Source: Azolla caroliniana (taxonomy: Eukaryota; Plantae; Polypodiophyta). Taken from it: a stretch of 64,000 bases of DNA. A program made the position numbers and the translations under genes. The notes below the pieces were generated by a model. That model saw only the letters and a list, made by a program, of their open reading frames with translations, made no database searches and was not told the DNA's origin. The DNA lies in contig JBHGNT010000010.1 in NCBI GenBank assembly GCA_043228905.1, forward strand, positions 14,818,001-14,882,000, read 5' to 3'. Positions 9,811-21,277 of this stretch are shown one piece after another; positions within the stretch are counted from its first letter, which is position 1; each line of letters opens with the position of its first letter.

Positions 9811-12800
9811 GTCCAGCCAAAATAGGAGCCGTTTGGTTGGACAGCCCTAGATCTGTGCAGCCCATTAGTGGTTCCATTCCCTCTAAGCAAGTTAGTGATG
9901 TGTTCGTAGCCCAAGTAGCAGTTAGTACTAAAAATACCCCTCCAGTACATACCTTAGCCCTTCTAGATTCCGGAGCTAATTCTTGCTTCATGGATAGGAA
10001 TTTTGCCCGAGCTCATCAGATATCTCTCAGAAAGCTCCCATGTCCAGCCTCAGTAGTAGTCATTGATGGTCGTCCCATTGCTTCTGGTAATATCATAGAA
10101 GAGTCGGAACCCGTTAATATTGTCCTAGATAACTTAACATGTGTAGTATCATTTAATATTATTAATATTCCAGAACATCCCATAGTTTTAGGATTACCAT
10201 GGTTCGAGTTACATGACCCAGACATAGATTGGAGGACAAGGGAAATCCGGTTGCGACAAACCCAAGGATCTACCCAGAAGGTTGCAACCATTTCGCTACG
10301 TCAGTTGCGTGAGGAAGGGCGCAAGGAGGAAATGTTTCTCTTTGCAATATCAGTACAACCCTCCAGCACCACCAAAGAGGAGTCCACCGTTCAACTTCCT
10401 GAGAAGTATCGTCAGTATGCTGATGTGTTCGATAAAGTACAAGCCAACACACTTCCTCATCATCGGCCGTACGACTGCGCCATCGACTTACAACCGGGAA
10501 AAGAGCCGCCATGGGGGCCGATCTACAATTTGTCACCAACCGAGCTAGAAGTCCTTCGAGCCTATATAGAGGAGAATTTGGAGAACGGTTTCATTCGGCA
10601 TTCGAAATCTCCAGCCGGCGCACCCATTTTCTTCGTCAAGAAAAAAGATGGCTCGCTTCGACTCGTTGTAGATTACCGTGGCTTGAATAAGGTCACAGTA
10701 AGAAATAGGTATGCTCTTCCCCTTATCTCAAGTCTTTTAGAACGGATCAACGGTGCCAGGTTCTTCACGAAGATCGACTTACGAGGAGCCTATAACCTCG
10801 TACGGATCCGACCAGGAGATGAATGGAAGACCGCGTTTCGCACCAGATATGGGCACTTCGAGTATACGGTCATGCCGTTCGGACTCACTAATGCGCCGGC
10901 AGTCTTCCAGCACATGGCGAATGATATATTTCGAGATCTCTTGGATGATTTTTTGATCATCTATTTGGATGATCTACTGGTTTATTCAAAGACCCAAGAA
11001 GAACATGATTCTCATGTACTATTAGTACTAAAACGACTTCGAGAACATGGTCTGTATGCAAAGTTAGAGAAATGTAGTTTCGGGTGCAACCAAGTGGAGT
11101 TTCTCGGCTATGTCATCTCCTCAGAAGGCATATCTATGGACCCAGCCAAGGTCAAAACGGTGATAGAATGGCACACTCCGCGTTCGGTGCGGGATGTGCA
11201 ATGCTTCCTAGGCTTTGCAAATTTCTACCGGAAGTTCATACAAAATTACTCAAAAATTGTGCTGCCTCTCACACAGCTCACCAGGAAGGGACAATCATTC
11301 ATTTGGTCTAAAGAGACGGACATGGCTTTCGAGAGTCTTAAGAAGGCGTTTACATCAGCTCCAATTTTAGGTCATGTGGATCCGGAAAAACCATTCATTA
11401 TCGAAGCTGATGCATCGGATTTCGCATTGGGGAGCATTCTGTCACAACAGGGTAACGACGAGAAGCTACATCCTGTGGCTTTCCACTCCCGTAAGTTTGA
11501 CGCCGCCGAAATCAACTACGAAATTCATGATAAAGAGCTATTAGCAATAGTTGATTCTTTTATGCAATGGAGGCATTTCCTGGAGGGATCTCCTCATCAG
11601 GTCACTGTATTCAGTGACCACAAGAACCTTGCCTACTTTCAAGATGCTCGTGTACTGAATCGACGTCAAGCTCGGTGGGCCCACTTCCTCACACGCTTCG
11701 ACTTCAAAATTACCTACCGTCCGGGGAAGCACCAAGGGAAGGCAGATGCATTATCACGGCGTTCGTATCTAACACCACGTCCCGGTGAGCCAGCTTTCGA
11801 TAACCAGAAGCAAGTAATCTTGGGTCCAGCACGACTGCAAGCAGCACAGGTCTTTGACATGCCCGTGGATTCCGACATTACCAATACTATACGTGAGGAC
11901 TTGAAGACTGACGCTTTCGCCCAAGCTATACTAGCACAAATTGACCCCTCTCGAGCGTCATGTTCACAATCACAATCACCAGGTACGGATTATCGGCAAT
12001 TCAAATACTGTGATGGATTACTCTTCTTTAAAGAACTTTTGTATGTTCCTAATGGTTCTTGCCGCCTTCGAGTAGTACAAAACTGCCATGACACATATAT
12101 AGCAGGACATTTTGGTAGTACTAAAACATTAGATTTAGTACAACGATCATTCTGGTGGCCCCGTATGCGACAATTTGTCGAAGATTTTGTTCGGACTTGC
12201 GATACATGCTGCAGAGCGAAAATGCCGAGACATCATCCATATGGTTTATTAGAACCATTACCAATTCCAAGCAAGCCATGGCAATCCATTGCTCTTGACT
12301 TCATTACAGATCTTCCAGTCTCTAAGGGATTCAGTGCGATTCTCACAGTGGTGGATCGATATACGAAGATGGCTCATTTCTTACCATGTACTAAAGAAAT
12401 ATCTAGTGAAGACACCGCCGAAATTGTCATGCGGGAAGTATGTCGGCATCATGGACTCCCTGATAATATCATCAGCGATCGTGGACCCCAGTTTGTGTCA
12501 AAATTCTGGAAGCACCTTTTTAAAATGCTGAAGGTCACTTGTAACCTCTCCTCCGGCTACCACCCACAAACCGACGGTCAAGCCGAACGAACAAATCAAA
12601 CACTGGAGCAGTATCTGCGGTGCTTTCTCAACTATCATCAGAATGACTGGGCAGATATTCTTCAGTTCGCCGAATTTGCCTATAATAACGCTATCCACGC
12701 ATCGACTAAAGTCACGCCATTCTACGCTTATACGGGATATCATCCCCGGTGGTGTGTCCTTGAAACCCCAGAAGTGTCTACAAATCCTTGCGCGGAGGAT

Positions 12801-13394
12801 CGTTTGGAGCGGTTACGCAAGATACAAGCGGATTTATCTACTCAACTCCAGCAAGCTCAACAATCACACAAGGACTACGCAGATCGTCATCGACTTCCAT
12901 CCAGTTTTAACATTGGAGATCGGGTGTGGCTGCTACGACGACACATCAAGACTACTCGCCCATGTGAGAAGTTGGATTATCGGCGATTAGGTCCTTTCCG
13001 TATTATCGGGAAGATTAATGATGTCGCTTTTCGTCTCGAGCTACCTCCGCAACTTCGGATACACCCGGTGTTTCATAGTTCTCTCCTCGAACCCTATCAC
13101 GAGAGCACTATCCCAGGACGTACTATACAACCTCCACCTCCTATCGAGCTCGAAGATGGACCTGAGTATGAGGTCGCTGGCATCCTCGATTCCAAGATTG
13201 TTCGCAACAAGCTCTACTATCTAGTCGATTGGCTAGGATATAGTCCCAGCGAGCGTACTTGGGAACCGATCGAGAATGTGACCAATGCTCGTGCTCTTCT
13301 AGAAGACTTCCATCGACGATATCCCGAGAAACCGGGTCCTCAATCCAAAACGACTCGTAAAACTCGTCGTTTTAAAGGGGGGATAGTGTCATAA
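9783..13394 (+). CDS. pol: Pol of G1 (protease-RT-RNase H-integrase-chromodomain), -1 frame relative to gag
   Basis: Frame is open from 9783 and overlaps the gag end. LLDSGA protease, YLDD RT, DASD RNase H, HHCC and GPF integrase motifs, chromodomain EYEVAGILD...YLVDWLGY. The stop lies inside the 3' LTR. Confidence 0.95.
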   Translation, partial: PIRRRVKRLSPAKIGAVWLDSPRSVQPISGSIPSKQVSDVFVAQVAVSTKNTPPVHTLALLDSGANSCFMDRNFARAHQISLRKLPCPASVVVIDGRPIASGNIIEESEPVNIVLDNLTCVVSFNIINIPEHPIVLGLPWFELHDPDIDWRTREIRLRQTQGSTQKVATISLRQLREEGRKEEMFLFAISVQPSSTTKEESTVQLPEKYRQYADVFDKVQANTLPHHRPYDCAIDLQPGKEPPWGPIYNLSPTELEVLRAYIEENLENGFIRHSKSPAGAPIFFVKKKDGSLRLVVDYRGLNKVTVRNRYALPLISSLLERINGARFFTKIDLRGAYNLVRIRPGDEWKTAFRTRYGHFEYTVMPFGLTNAPAVFQHMANDIFRDLLDDFLIIYLDDLLVYSKTQEEHDSHVLLVLKRLREHGLYAKLEKCSFGCNQVEFLGYVISSEGISMDPAKVKTVIEWHTPRSVRDVQCFLGFANFYRKFIQNYSKIVLPLTQLTRKGQSFIWSKETDMAFESLKKAFTSAPILGHVDPEKPFIIEADASDFALGSILSQQGNDEKLHPVAFHSRKFDAAEINYEIHDKELLAIVDSFMQWRHFLEGSPHQVTVFSDHKNLAYFQDARVLNRRQARWAHFLTRFDFKITYRPGKHQGKADALSRRSYLTPRPGEPAFDNQKQVILGPARLQAAQVFDMPVDSDITNTIREDLKTDAFAQAILAQIDPSRASCSQSQSPGTDYRQFKYCDGLLFFKELLYVPNGSCRLRVVQNCHDTYIAGHFGSTKTLDLVQRSFWWPRMRQFVEDFVRTCDTCCRAKMPRHHPYGLLEPLPIPSKPWQSIALDFITDLPVSKGFSAILTVVDRYTKMAHFLPCTKEISSEDTAEIVMREVCRHHGLPDNIISDRGPQFVSKFWKHLFKMLKVTCNLSSGYHPQTDGQAERTNQTLEQYLRCFLNYHQNDWADILQFAEFAYNNAIHASTKVTPFYAYTGYHPRWCVLETPEVSTNPCAEDRLERLRKIQADLSTQLQQAQQSHKDYADRHRLPSSFNIGDRVWLLRRHIKTTRPCEKLDYRRLGPFRIIGKINDVAFRLELPPQLRIHPVFHSSLLEPYHESTIPGRTIQPPPPIELEDGPEYEVAGILDSKIVRNKLYYLVDWLGYSPSERTWEPIENVTNARALLEDFHRRYPEKPGPQSKTTRKTRRFKGGIVS
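9798..9875 (+). promoter_or_regulatory. Putative -1 ribosomal frameshift signal (G_TTA_AAC, 6-nt spacer, pseudoknot)
   Basis: Heptamer 9798-9804 is in the gag frame. Stem 9811-9821/9832-9842. Loop 9825-9831 can pair with 9869-9875. The same layout occurs at 58417-58333 on the minus strand. Confidence 0.75.
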
Positions 13395-13839
13395 CTAGAC
13401 TCGAACCCATAACCTTTTGTTACACGGGTCGAGACTTTACCATTAGGTTATGAATTGTAATTTGAAGGATATTATTTTCATTTAGGTTTTATTGGGAAAT
13501 TGATGTATATTCCAGATTTCTCTGGAACATTCTAGAAACTTCAGGAGTATTCCTGAAGACACTATAAAAGGAGGCGCAAGGCATTAGTTCGAACCAAATC
13601 GGTTCAACGCCAGTCTTAAGCCTTCTAACTACTGTTGTATATCTTCCGTCATATAATACATATATCTTTCGCATCATCATTCTCTCTCTCTCTCTCTCTC
13701 TCACTCACTCATTCCTTCTCTCAAAGTTCGACACCTCTCATAGTACTAATCCTTCTCTGTCTTAGTACTATTCCCCAACAATAGTACTAATCCTTCTTTT
13801 AGTACTAATTCCTTCTCTGCCTTAATAGAGTTCCTGACA
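13387..13839 (+). repeat. 3' LTR of G1
   Basis: Copy of 8100-8552, preceded by the PPT. Confidence 0.97.
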
Positions 13840-14165
13840 CTAAAGATCCGCGATGGGTCGAAGCGATGAACGAGGAGATGCAAACTCTCAGCAAGAACGA
13901 GACATGGGATCTTGTCCCACACTCACACAAGAAGAAGGCAATCGGCTGCAGATGGATATACAAAGTGAAGTACAATGCCGATGGTTCCGTCAACTGCTAC
14001 AAAGCTCGACTCATGGCAAAGGGCTATGCACAAACACATGGAGTCGATTATGTAGAGACCTTTGCCCCGGTGGCAAAGATGACGACTGTGCGGATCGTGA
14101 TTGCACTTGCAGCGGCGAGAGGGTGATACCTCCACCAGATGGACGTCAAGAACGCCTTTCTTCAG

Positions 14166-14739
14166 ATTGGCGGAACATTTGAATGTCTTCCAAGGACTAA
14201 TAAATCAAACCACCTCTCTAAAAGTAACTCTTGTCGATGAGGTATTGGCATTATTGTTGTTGGGATCCTTTCTAGATAGCTGGGAAATATTGGTTGTCAC
14301 CTTGGGCAACGCCAGACCGGAAGGGAAACATTTATCCTTAGAGATGGTGAAGTCGAGCTTGCTAAATGAGGAAGCTTGCTAGAAGGACCGAGAGTCTGTA
14401 ACCAACCCAAAGGTATTTCACAATAGGTGACATGAACTGGGGGAGAGATCGGAATAGAAGTCCTCAAAATCGGGAGATGTCGAGGACGAGGTCAAAGTCG
14501 AGGGGGAGGCCCACATGATTCTATTGTGGGAAGCCAACATTTCCAAAAGAATTGTCGACACTTTCGAAAAGAGAAAGGGGGAGTTGATTGTGCAGATCTG
14601 AAGAAGAATATGGATTGTAAAAACACCTCAACGATCGCGACAAGTGAGGAGGAGTTGTTGTTGATTGGCGAACAAAACGAAGTGAACCTTGTCAACGATG
14701 AAACGACATGGGTGGTCGACTCTGGAGCGTCATTCCACC
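14166..14739 (+). pseudogene. Tork-like copia gag-protease relic fused to the family-B RT
   Basis: AEHLNVFQGLINQTTSL...LLNEEA and WVVDSGASFHL are homologous to 41670-42248. Confidence 0.8.
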
Positions 14740-15030
14740 TGTTGAGAATTAGGTCCCTTCTGGATAGGTCGACTTCAAAATAAAGGAAAATGCTACACCC
14801 GGTCGGAAACTGGATGAAGTCCGAATGAGTATTCGGAAAATGTAAATAGGTTTTTGAATCGAGGTTGTTCAAGTTGGTTATGTAAATAGCCCGAAAGTTA
14901 TCTAAGTATAAAGATAACTAGGGAAAACATTATGAGTGAGTTAGTTGTCTTGAAGAGAGAGCCGTCTGTGTAACTGTGCACGGTGCATACGAGGTCGTTG
15001 CCTCTGCAACAGAACAGACGAAGCGTTGTC
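14740..15030 (+). repeat. Truncated Tork-like LTR
   Basis: Starts TGTTGAGAATTAGGTCCC and contains TGTAAATAGCCCGAAAGT and GAGGTCGTTGCC blocks. The right end is approximate. Confidence 0.65.
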
Positions 15031-15813
15031 GGGGTAGTTGTGGTTCGTGCGATGAAGTCGTAGGGACTAAGGTTAAAAGGAGTTGGCTATATATTTTATA
15101 CGGCTTGTGCAACAATGTTAGAAAGATTAAGGATAGGAAGAACAAGAGTTAAAAGTAATGTGCGAGAGACAGATGAGCATAGATAAGAGATAAGGGACAA
15201 TGTATGATTTAAGAGGTAAGAAAATATGATAAGAATATGTACTATATTAAAAACCCAAGATTTTACCAAAGTTACAATGTCGATCACAAGATGTGACTTT
15301 TCTTTTGCTGAATTGTAGATTTGAACCCTTGATTCCAACTTCGAAACACGAGCCTCTTTGCAATGATCTAACTTGTTTGTTTGATTATTTTATTTTCTAA
15401 CTTTCACTTGCCTTTTCCTCTTTTCTCTTTCACTCTTTAAATAGGTGCCCCCATGAATATGATGCATTGGAGGGTACAAGACATGCATGTAGTGCATGAA
15501 ATGCATGTGATGCATGATCACCATTTGGTGTTCATGCATTACATGTGATGCATGGTAGACATCTCGCTCATTTGAGCTTTCATGTATTAAAATATATATG
15601 GTATAAGTATAAACATGAAAATATAGATCTAAAAACAAGTGACCTAGCCTAATGGTAGGTGTGTTGAATTTGGTGTGTGAGGTTGTGGGTTCAAGTCTCT
15701 CAAATATTACTGAATACAATATGTAAGTTTACTTTTATATCGTGAAGAAAATCATTCACGACAGCGTGAGAGAGAGAGCAAGAGAATCTTTGTTGTAACC
15801 ACATGTTGGTGAG

Positions 15814-17650
15814 TGTTGAGTGGGCAAGCTCAACCGAATCTAGATCGGTTGGATAAACCAGAGCCGGATCAGTATCCAGAACAGAGAACCGGATAGGTGT
15901 CTAGAACCTAGAGCCGGACCAGAGAACTGGATCGTACTCTGGGATAGTGAGAACCGGTAGGCCGTTGGAGCCTACGGCTCGAGCCTAGTACGTAGGCATA
16001 TTCCTTGGAGTTAGTGTCAGTCGGTCGTATGAGCATTGAAGTACGTGTCAATACTTTTGTCAGTCCTTTTAAGGACTTGTATAAAAAGTGTTATGTTGGA
16101 CATTTGTATGTACAAAGTGTTATTATTTTGAATTGAGTTTATGTTGTTTTGCTCTCTCTGTCTCTCCCGTGTATTGTGTATTCTTAAGCTTCCATTAAAC
16201 CCTCATTTTCGTTCTACTGTTGTTATCCGGTTGAGCCGGTTTATCTAAAAGCTTTCACATATTAACTTTTACATGGTATCAGAGTGCGAGGGTTGAGAAT
16301 CGTCTATTGCCCACGAGTGACGCTCACAGACAAACCCTAACACCCAATAAAGAACAAGAAGAAATATATGGACAGAAGCATGGCGAGTTTGCTTCCAACA
16401 AAAAAGCTCGATCATAGCAACTATGCATCTTGGTCGTATAAAATGCACCAGTACATGCTCGGGCATGGATACTGGAGCTACGTGGAAGGGGCAAATGAAG
16501 CAACGCTGGATTCGGCACACGAGGACTTCTCGATATGGGAGCAAGGAGTGAGTAGGGTGTTGTACTGCCTCGCGTCCTGTGTGCACGACCAAATTCTTGG
16601 CTACATCAGAGATGCAAAGTTACTGAAAGTACCACGACTTCGAAATTGTAGCTCCAGCAAAAGCTCAATAGTATCCAGCAACGGGACATGTCGGTCACAG
16701 ACTACACCACCAAGATCAAGGAGATTTGCGATGCGCTCAGGTCCATCCACATGACGTTGGACGAGGACGAGATGGTCTAGATCTGCCTCGTGGTCTAGCA
16801 CACCGGTACAAGCCAATCTGGATGGCAATTTGCACCCGGGAGAAACCATCGTCCTTCTTCGACCTGCAATTGATGCTCATGGTCAAAGAAAACCATGCGA
16901 GTGGGTCAAGGGCCACTCAATTGGACAGTTGGGTGATGTACACGAAGGCGGATCAGCCCCGTGGGTGTGGAGGACGAGGTGGGTCGGCATGTAATAGTTG
17001 AATAAGTTTTGGCTCTATATACACCCTCATAAATTCTTTTAGAAATTCTAGGTAAAGGGTAATTTGGTTCATGTAACCATTGACCTCATTAACTGATTCA
17101 TGAGGCATATTCGGGAGATGTTTTTCATTTACATTCTTGTCTTTTGGAAAGAGCGGCTAAATCAAGTCTCTCCCACAAAGATCTCTCCTGACTAAGTAGA
17201 GAGAAACTTAAATCTATCTGAGTTGCAAATTATCCTCCTTGTGGGCACACCCGCCACCTATCGTCACACAGTAAACCCGCCAAGACCCTGGCCTTGGACC
17301 CGGAGGAACCAATCCGTGGATTTAGCCACGGTGGTAAGGCCGGCTCCTCATTCTTACTCCTTTCTCCAACAGGCAGGAATGTTGGTACTGTGGCCGGAAG
17401 GGCCACAGAGAAAGCAAGTGCTGGAAGAAGCGCGTCGATTCGGATAAATCCGGATCCGGCAAGGCTAGACAAGGGAATTGGAAAAGATCACACTACGCAG
17501 AAGGATCCGGAACCGAAAAGACCGGAAAAGGGTCAGCCTTTGTGATGAAGCATAAGGCGAACTCAATGAAGAAGACCACTTCCGGATCAGAGGAAGTGTG
17601 GTACGTCGACCCCAAAGCATCTAACCACATGACAAGCCACGAAGAGTGGA
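15814..17650 (+). mobile_element. 5' part of a degenerate copia (family D, related to B): LTR 15814-16273, PBS 16274-16284, gag-protease relic
   Basis: TGTTGAG...TTTACA then TGGTATCAGAG. gag 16368 (KLDHSNYASWSYKMHQY), zinc knuckle ~17380, protease ~17600. An unrelated insert at ~17001-17371 ends in CCAACA. Confidence 0.8.
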
Positions 17651-17679
17651 CCGAGCCCAGAAGACAAACACATTGTATC

Positions 17680-20600
17680 TTATGCATGCTCGATTATGCT
17701 AGGAGGAAGTAAATGTGGTAGTTGGCATAGCAAGTAAGTTGTGGCACAAGAGGCTATGCCACATGAATGAGACGGGGATGTGGAAGCTTGCCGAGGATAA
17801 CCTTATTCCGGCGGTGAAGAATGTGCAACTTGAGAAGTGCACCGATTTCTTGACCGGTAAGCAAAACAGAGCCTCCTTCCAATCAAGACCCCCGAAGAGA
17901 AAGAAGATGTTGTTGGAACTCGTGCATACCGATGTATGTTATGTAGATACAAAGTCTCACGCTAGTTCACAGTATTTCATGACCTTCATAGACGACTATA
18001 GCCAAAAGTTGTGGGATTCCGTATTGAATACCAAGGACTAGGTGTTGTCAATCTTCAAGGAGTTCCAAGCGAGGGTCAAGAGAGAGACCAGACGGAAATT
18101 GAAAGTGGTTCGAGCGGATAATGGAGGAGAATACCGAGGAAAATTGGAGGAGTACTGTTGGTCGAAGGGAATCCAGCTCTAATACACTGTGAAGAAAATG
18201 CCAGAACTAAACGAGCAGGCCGAAAGAATGAACTAGACCGTCATGGAGAGAGAGTCTAGAGCATGTTTGCACATGCAAAATTGTCCAAGACGTTTTGGCC
18301 TAAGGCGCTGATGACGGCAATCTATGTGATAAATAGGTCACCCTCAGTACCCCTGGATGGAGATATTCCACAAAGAGTGTGGACCGGCAAAGATGTCTCA
18401 TACCGGCATTTGAGGGTGTTCAGTTGTCTTGCCTATGTGCATGTTGCAAAAGACCAGCGGGGAAAACTGGACCCGAAGACTCGTCCATGCATATTCCTGG
18501 ATACGACGACGACGACTTCGGCTACCAGCTATGGGACTTAGCCGAGAAGAAAGTGATCTGGAGCCGAGACATAGTCTTCATGGAGGAGAAGACCATTGGT
18601 GACTGGGAGAAGGAGAAGTCGAATACATTCTCCCAGCCAGTCGGAAGTCGAATGCCGACTAAAGAACAAGGTGAGTCGATTGGATCTGGACAGGGAGTCG
18701 GATCAGTCAAAGACCAATCTAGAGCTGGATCGACCGAAAGTTATCCGGTCAAATCTGAAAAGGAAGAAGAAGTAGACTCCGATTAAGACGGAGAACCAAC
18801 CATAGAAGAGGAAGGACGTAACGAGCCGACTGAGGAAAATAGAGGAAGGAGATACCCTCTGAGAAACAGAAGGTTGGGCCCCCAAAGATATCCAAACAAA
18901 GAGTGCGTGCTACTAACCAATGAGGGGGAGCCATAGAGCTTCTAGGAAGCAAAGAGGGACACCCACAACAGAGAGTGCCTAAGTGCAATGCAAGACGAAA
19001 TGGATTCCTTGCATGAGAACCCCACATATGAGCTGACGGAGCTACTGAAAGGAAAGAGGGCACTATGAAATAAGTGGGTGTATAAGTTGAAACTGGGAGA
19101 TGGCGGAAATCCACCAAGGTATAAAACCCGCATTGTGGTGAAGGGCTTCTAGCAGAAGAAAGGAGTGGATTTCGACAAGATTTTTGCTCCGGTGGTGAAG
19201 ATGACATCCATCCGAACTATCTTGAGTATAGAGTCCAACATGAATCTTGAAGTCGAACAATTGGATGTCAAGATGGCCTTTCTGCATGGTGATCTGGAAG
19301 AGGTGATATATATGCAGCAACCAGAAGGATTCGTCGAAAAAGGAAAGGAGAACCTAGTATGCCAGTTGAGAAAGAGCCTTTACAGACTCAAGTAGGCTCC
19401 CCAACAATTGTACCGGAAGTTTGAATCCTTCATGGACGATCAAGGGTACTACAAGGCACAAGCCGATCACTGTGTATTTGTGAAGAAGTTCAACGGAGGA
19501 GACTTCCTCGTCCTCCTCCTGTACGTGGACGACATGTTGATTGTCGGACGGGACCATATTATCAGAATGCTAAAGAAGGCCTTGAGTAGGTCTTTCTCAT
19601 AGAAGGATATGGGTCCGGCAAGACAAATCCTGGGGATGCACATTGTTCGGCACCAGACAAAGAGGTTATTGTGGTTGTCACAAGAGAAGTACATGAGGAA
19701 AGTGCTCCAGAATTTTAGCATGGAAAGTGCAAAGCCAGTCACCTCAACACTACCGACCAATAGCAATCTATTCGTTAGAAAATGTCTGAAGACGAAGACG
19801 GGGAAGGTTGAGATGAGTAAGGTTTCATACGCCTCAACAGTCGGAAGCCTGGTGTACCCGATGGTATGTACCAGGCCGGACATCAGATATGCAGTCGAAG
19901 TCATCAATCAGTTCATGAGCAATCCGGGCAAAGAGCATTGGGTTGCGGTCAAGTAGATACTCTAGTACATGAGAGGCACCTCGAACTTGTGCTTCTGATT
20001 ATGCTCAGGTAACCCCATATTAAAAGGTTTTACTTATTCGTACATGTCAGCTGATGTGCATACCAACGGGTTCATGTCCGGATATGTACTGACTTATGCA
20101 AGGGGAGCCCTCTCATGGCAGTCGAGGCTACAAAAGGTCGTGACGTTGTCAACCACAAAAGCAGAGTATATGACTGCAATGGAAGCCAACAAGGAAATAA
20201 TTTGGATGAAGGTGTTCATTGGAGAGTTGGGAATTCGACAAGAAGAATTTCAACTCTATTACGACAACCAAAGTGCCATCTACCTTGCGAAGAATGTTGC
20301 CTACCACTCAAGGACCAAGCACATCTAGAGGAAAGCCTGATGCATGCGATGGTATGTACTAGGCCGGACATCAGATATGTAGTCGAAGTCGTTAGTCGGT
20401 TCATGAGCAATCCGGGCAAAGAGCATTGGGTTCCGGTCAAGTGGATACTCCGATACCTGAGAGGCACCTCAAACTTGTGCTTCCGATTATGCTCAGGTAA
20501 CCCCATATTAGAAGGTTTTACTAATTCGTACATGTCAACTGATGTGCATACCAACAAGTTCACATCCAGATATGTAATTTGACTTATGCAAGGGGAGCCC

Positions 20601-21240
20601 TCTCATGGCAGTCGAGGCTACAAAAGGTCGTGGCGTTGTCAACCACAAAAGCAGAGTATATGACTACAACGAAAGCCAACAAGGAAATAATTTGGATGAA
20701 GGAGTTAATTGGAGAGCTGGGAATTCGACAAGAAGAATTTCAACTCTACTACGACAACCAAAGTGCCATCTACCTTGCAAAGAATGTTTCCTACCACTCG
20801 AGGACCAAGCACATCTAGAGGAGATACCATTGGCGTTGGGAGAGGGTAGAGGAGAAGGACTTTGTTCTAATGAAAATCCACACAACGGAGAATGGATCAG
20901 ACATGTTGACAAAGGTGTTGTCGGCAAAGAACTAGATGCATGTCGGAGATGGGCTGGATTGACGAAGCTCCCCATCTCAGAGTGAAGGGTGAGTTTGTTA
21001 GGAAATATGTCCCTCCGGATGGGAAGAAGAAAATAGGAGTTGGATCAGTTGGATCCAATGAAGAAAAGAGATCGGATCCAGATCCGAATCGGCATTCAGA
21101 AAGGGGCATATTAGTAAATATGTTTCTGCACACCTAAGTTAGGTTATATTTGTAAGTATCCATAAAAGTTGTACTAATATACATACAACTAGGGCAGATC
21201 GTTTATATGTGAGAATGTTGTTGTAACCTCTGAAACTAGC

Positions 21241-21277
<37 letters not shown>

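Larger units (their letters stand above)
8100..13839 (+). mobile_element. Intact Ty3/gypsy chromovirus (G1; Tcn1 / Tf1-sushi-like), 5740 bp
   Basis: TG...CA LTRs 8100-8552 and 13387-13839 (453 bp each, no difference seen). TSD CTAAA (8095-8099/13840-13844). PPT AAAGGGGGGATAG 13374-13386. gag and pol are uninterrupted. Confidence 0.97.
4259..14165 (+). mobile_element. Degenerate Ty1/copia (family B) lacking its 3' half, interrupted by a solo LTR (5741-6318) and an intact chromovirus (8100-13839)
   Basis: LTR 4259-4651, tRNA-iMet PBS TGGTATCAGAGC 4652-4663, gag 4804-5421, zinc knuckle ~5597-5640, protease ~6380, integrase 6700-7650, RT resuming at 13845. Many stops and frameshifts. Confidence 0.9.

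Noticed and set aside
9837-9839. TTG start for a separate pol protein, or stop-codon read-through
   Set aside because: pol is in the -1 frame and open from 9783 across a slippery site. Read-through would stay in the gag frame.
8641-13394. Domesticated PEG10/RTL-like host gene
   Set aside because: It is flanked by identical LTRs, PPT and TSD, so it is an ordinary recent retrotransposon.
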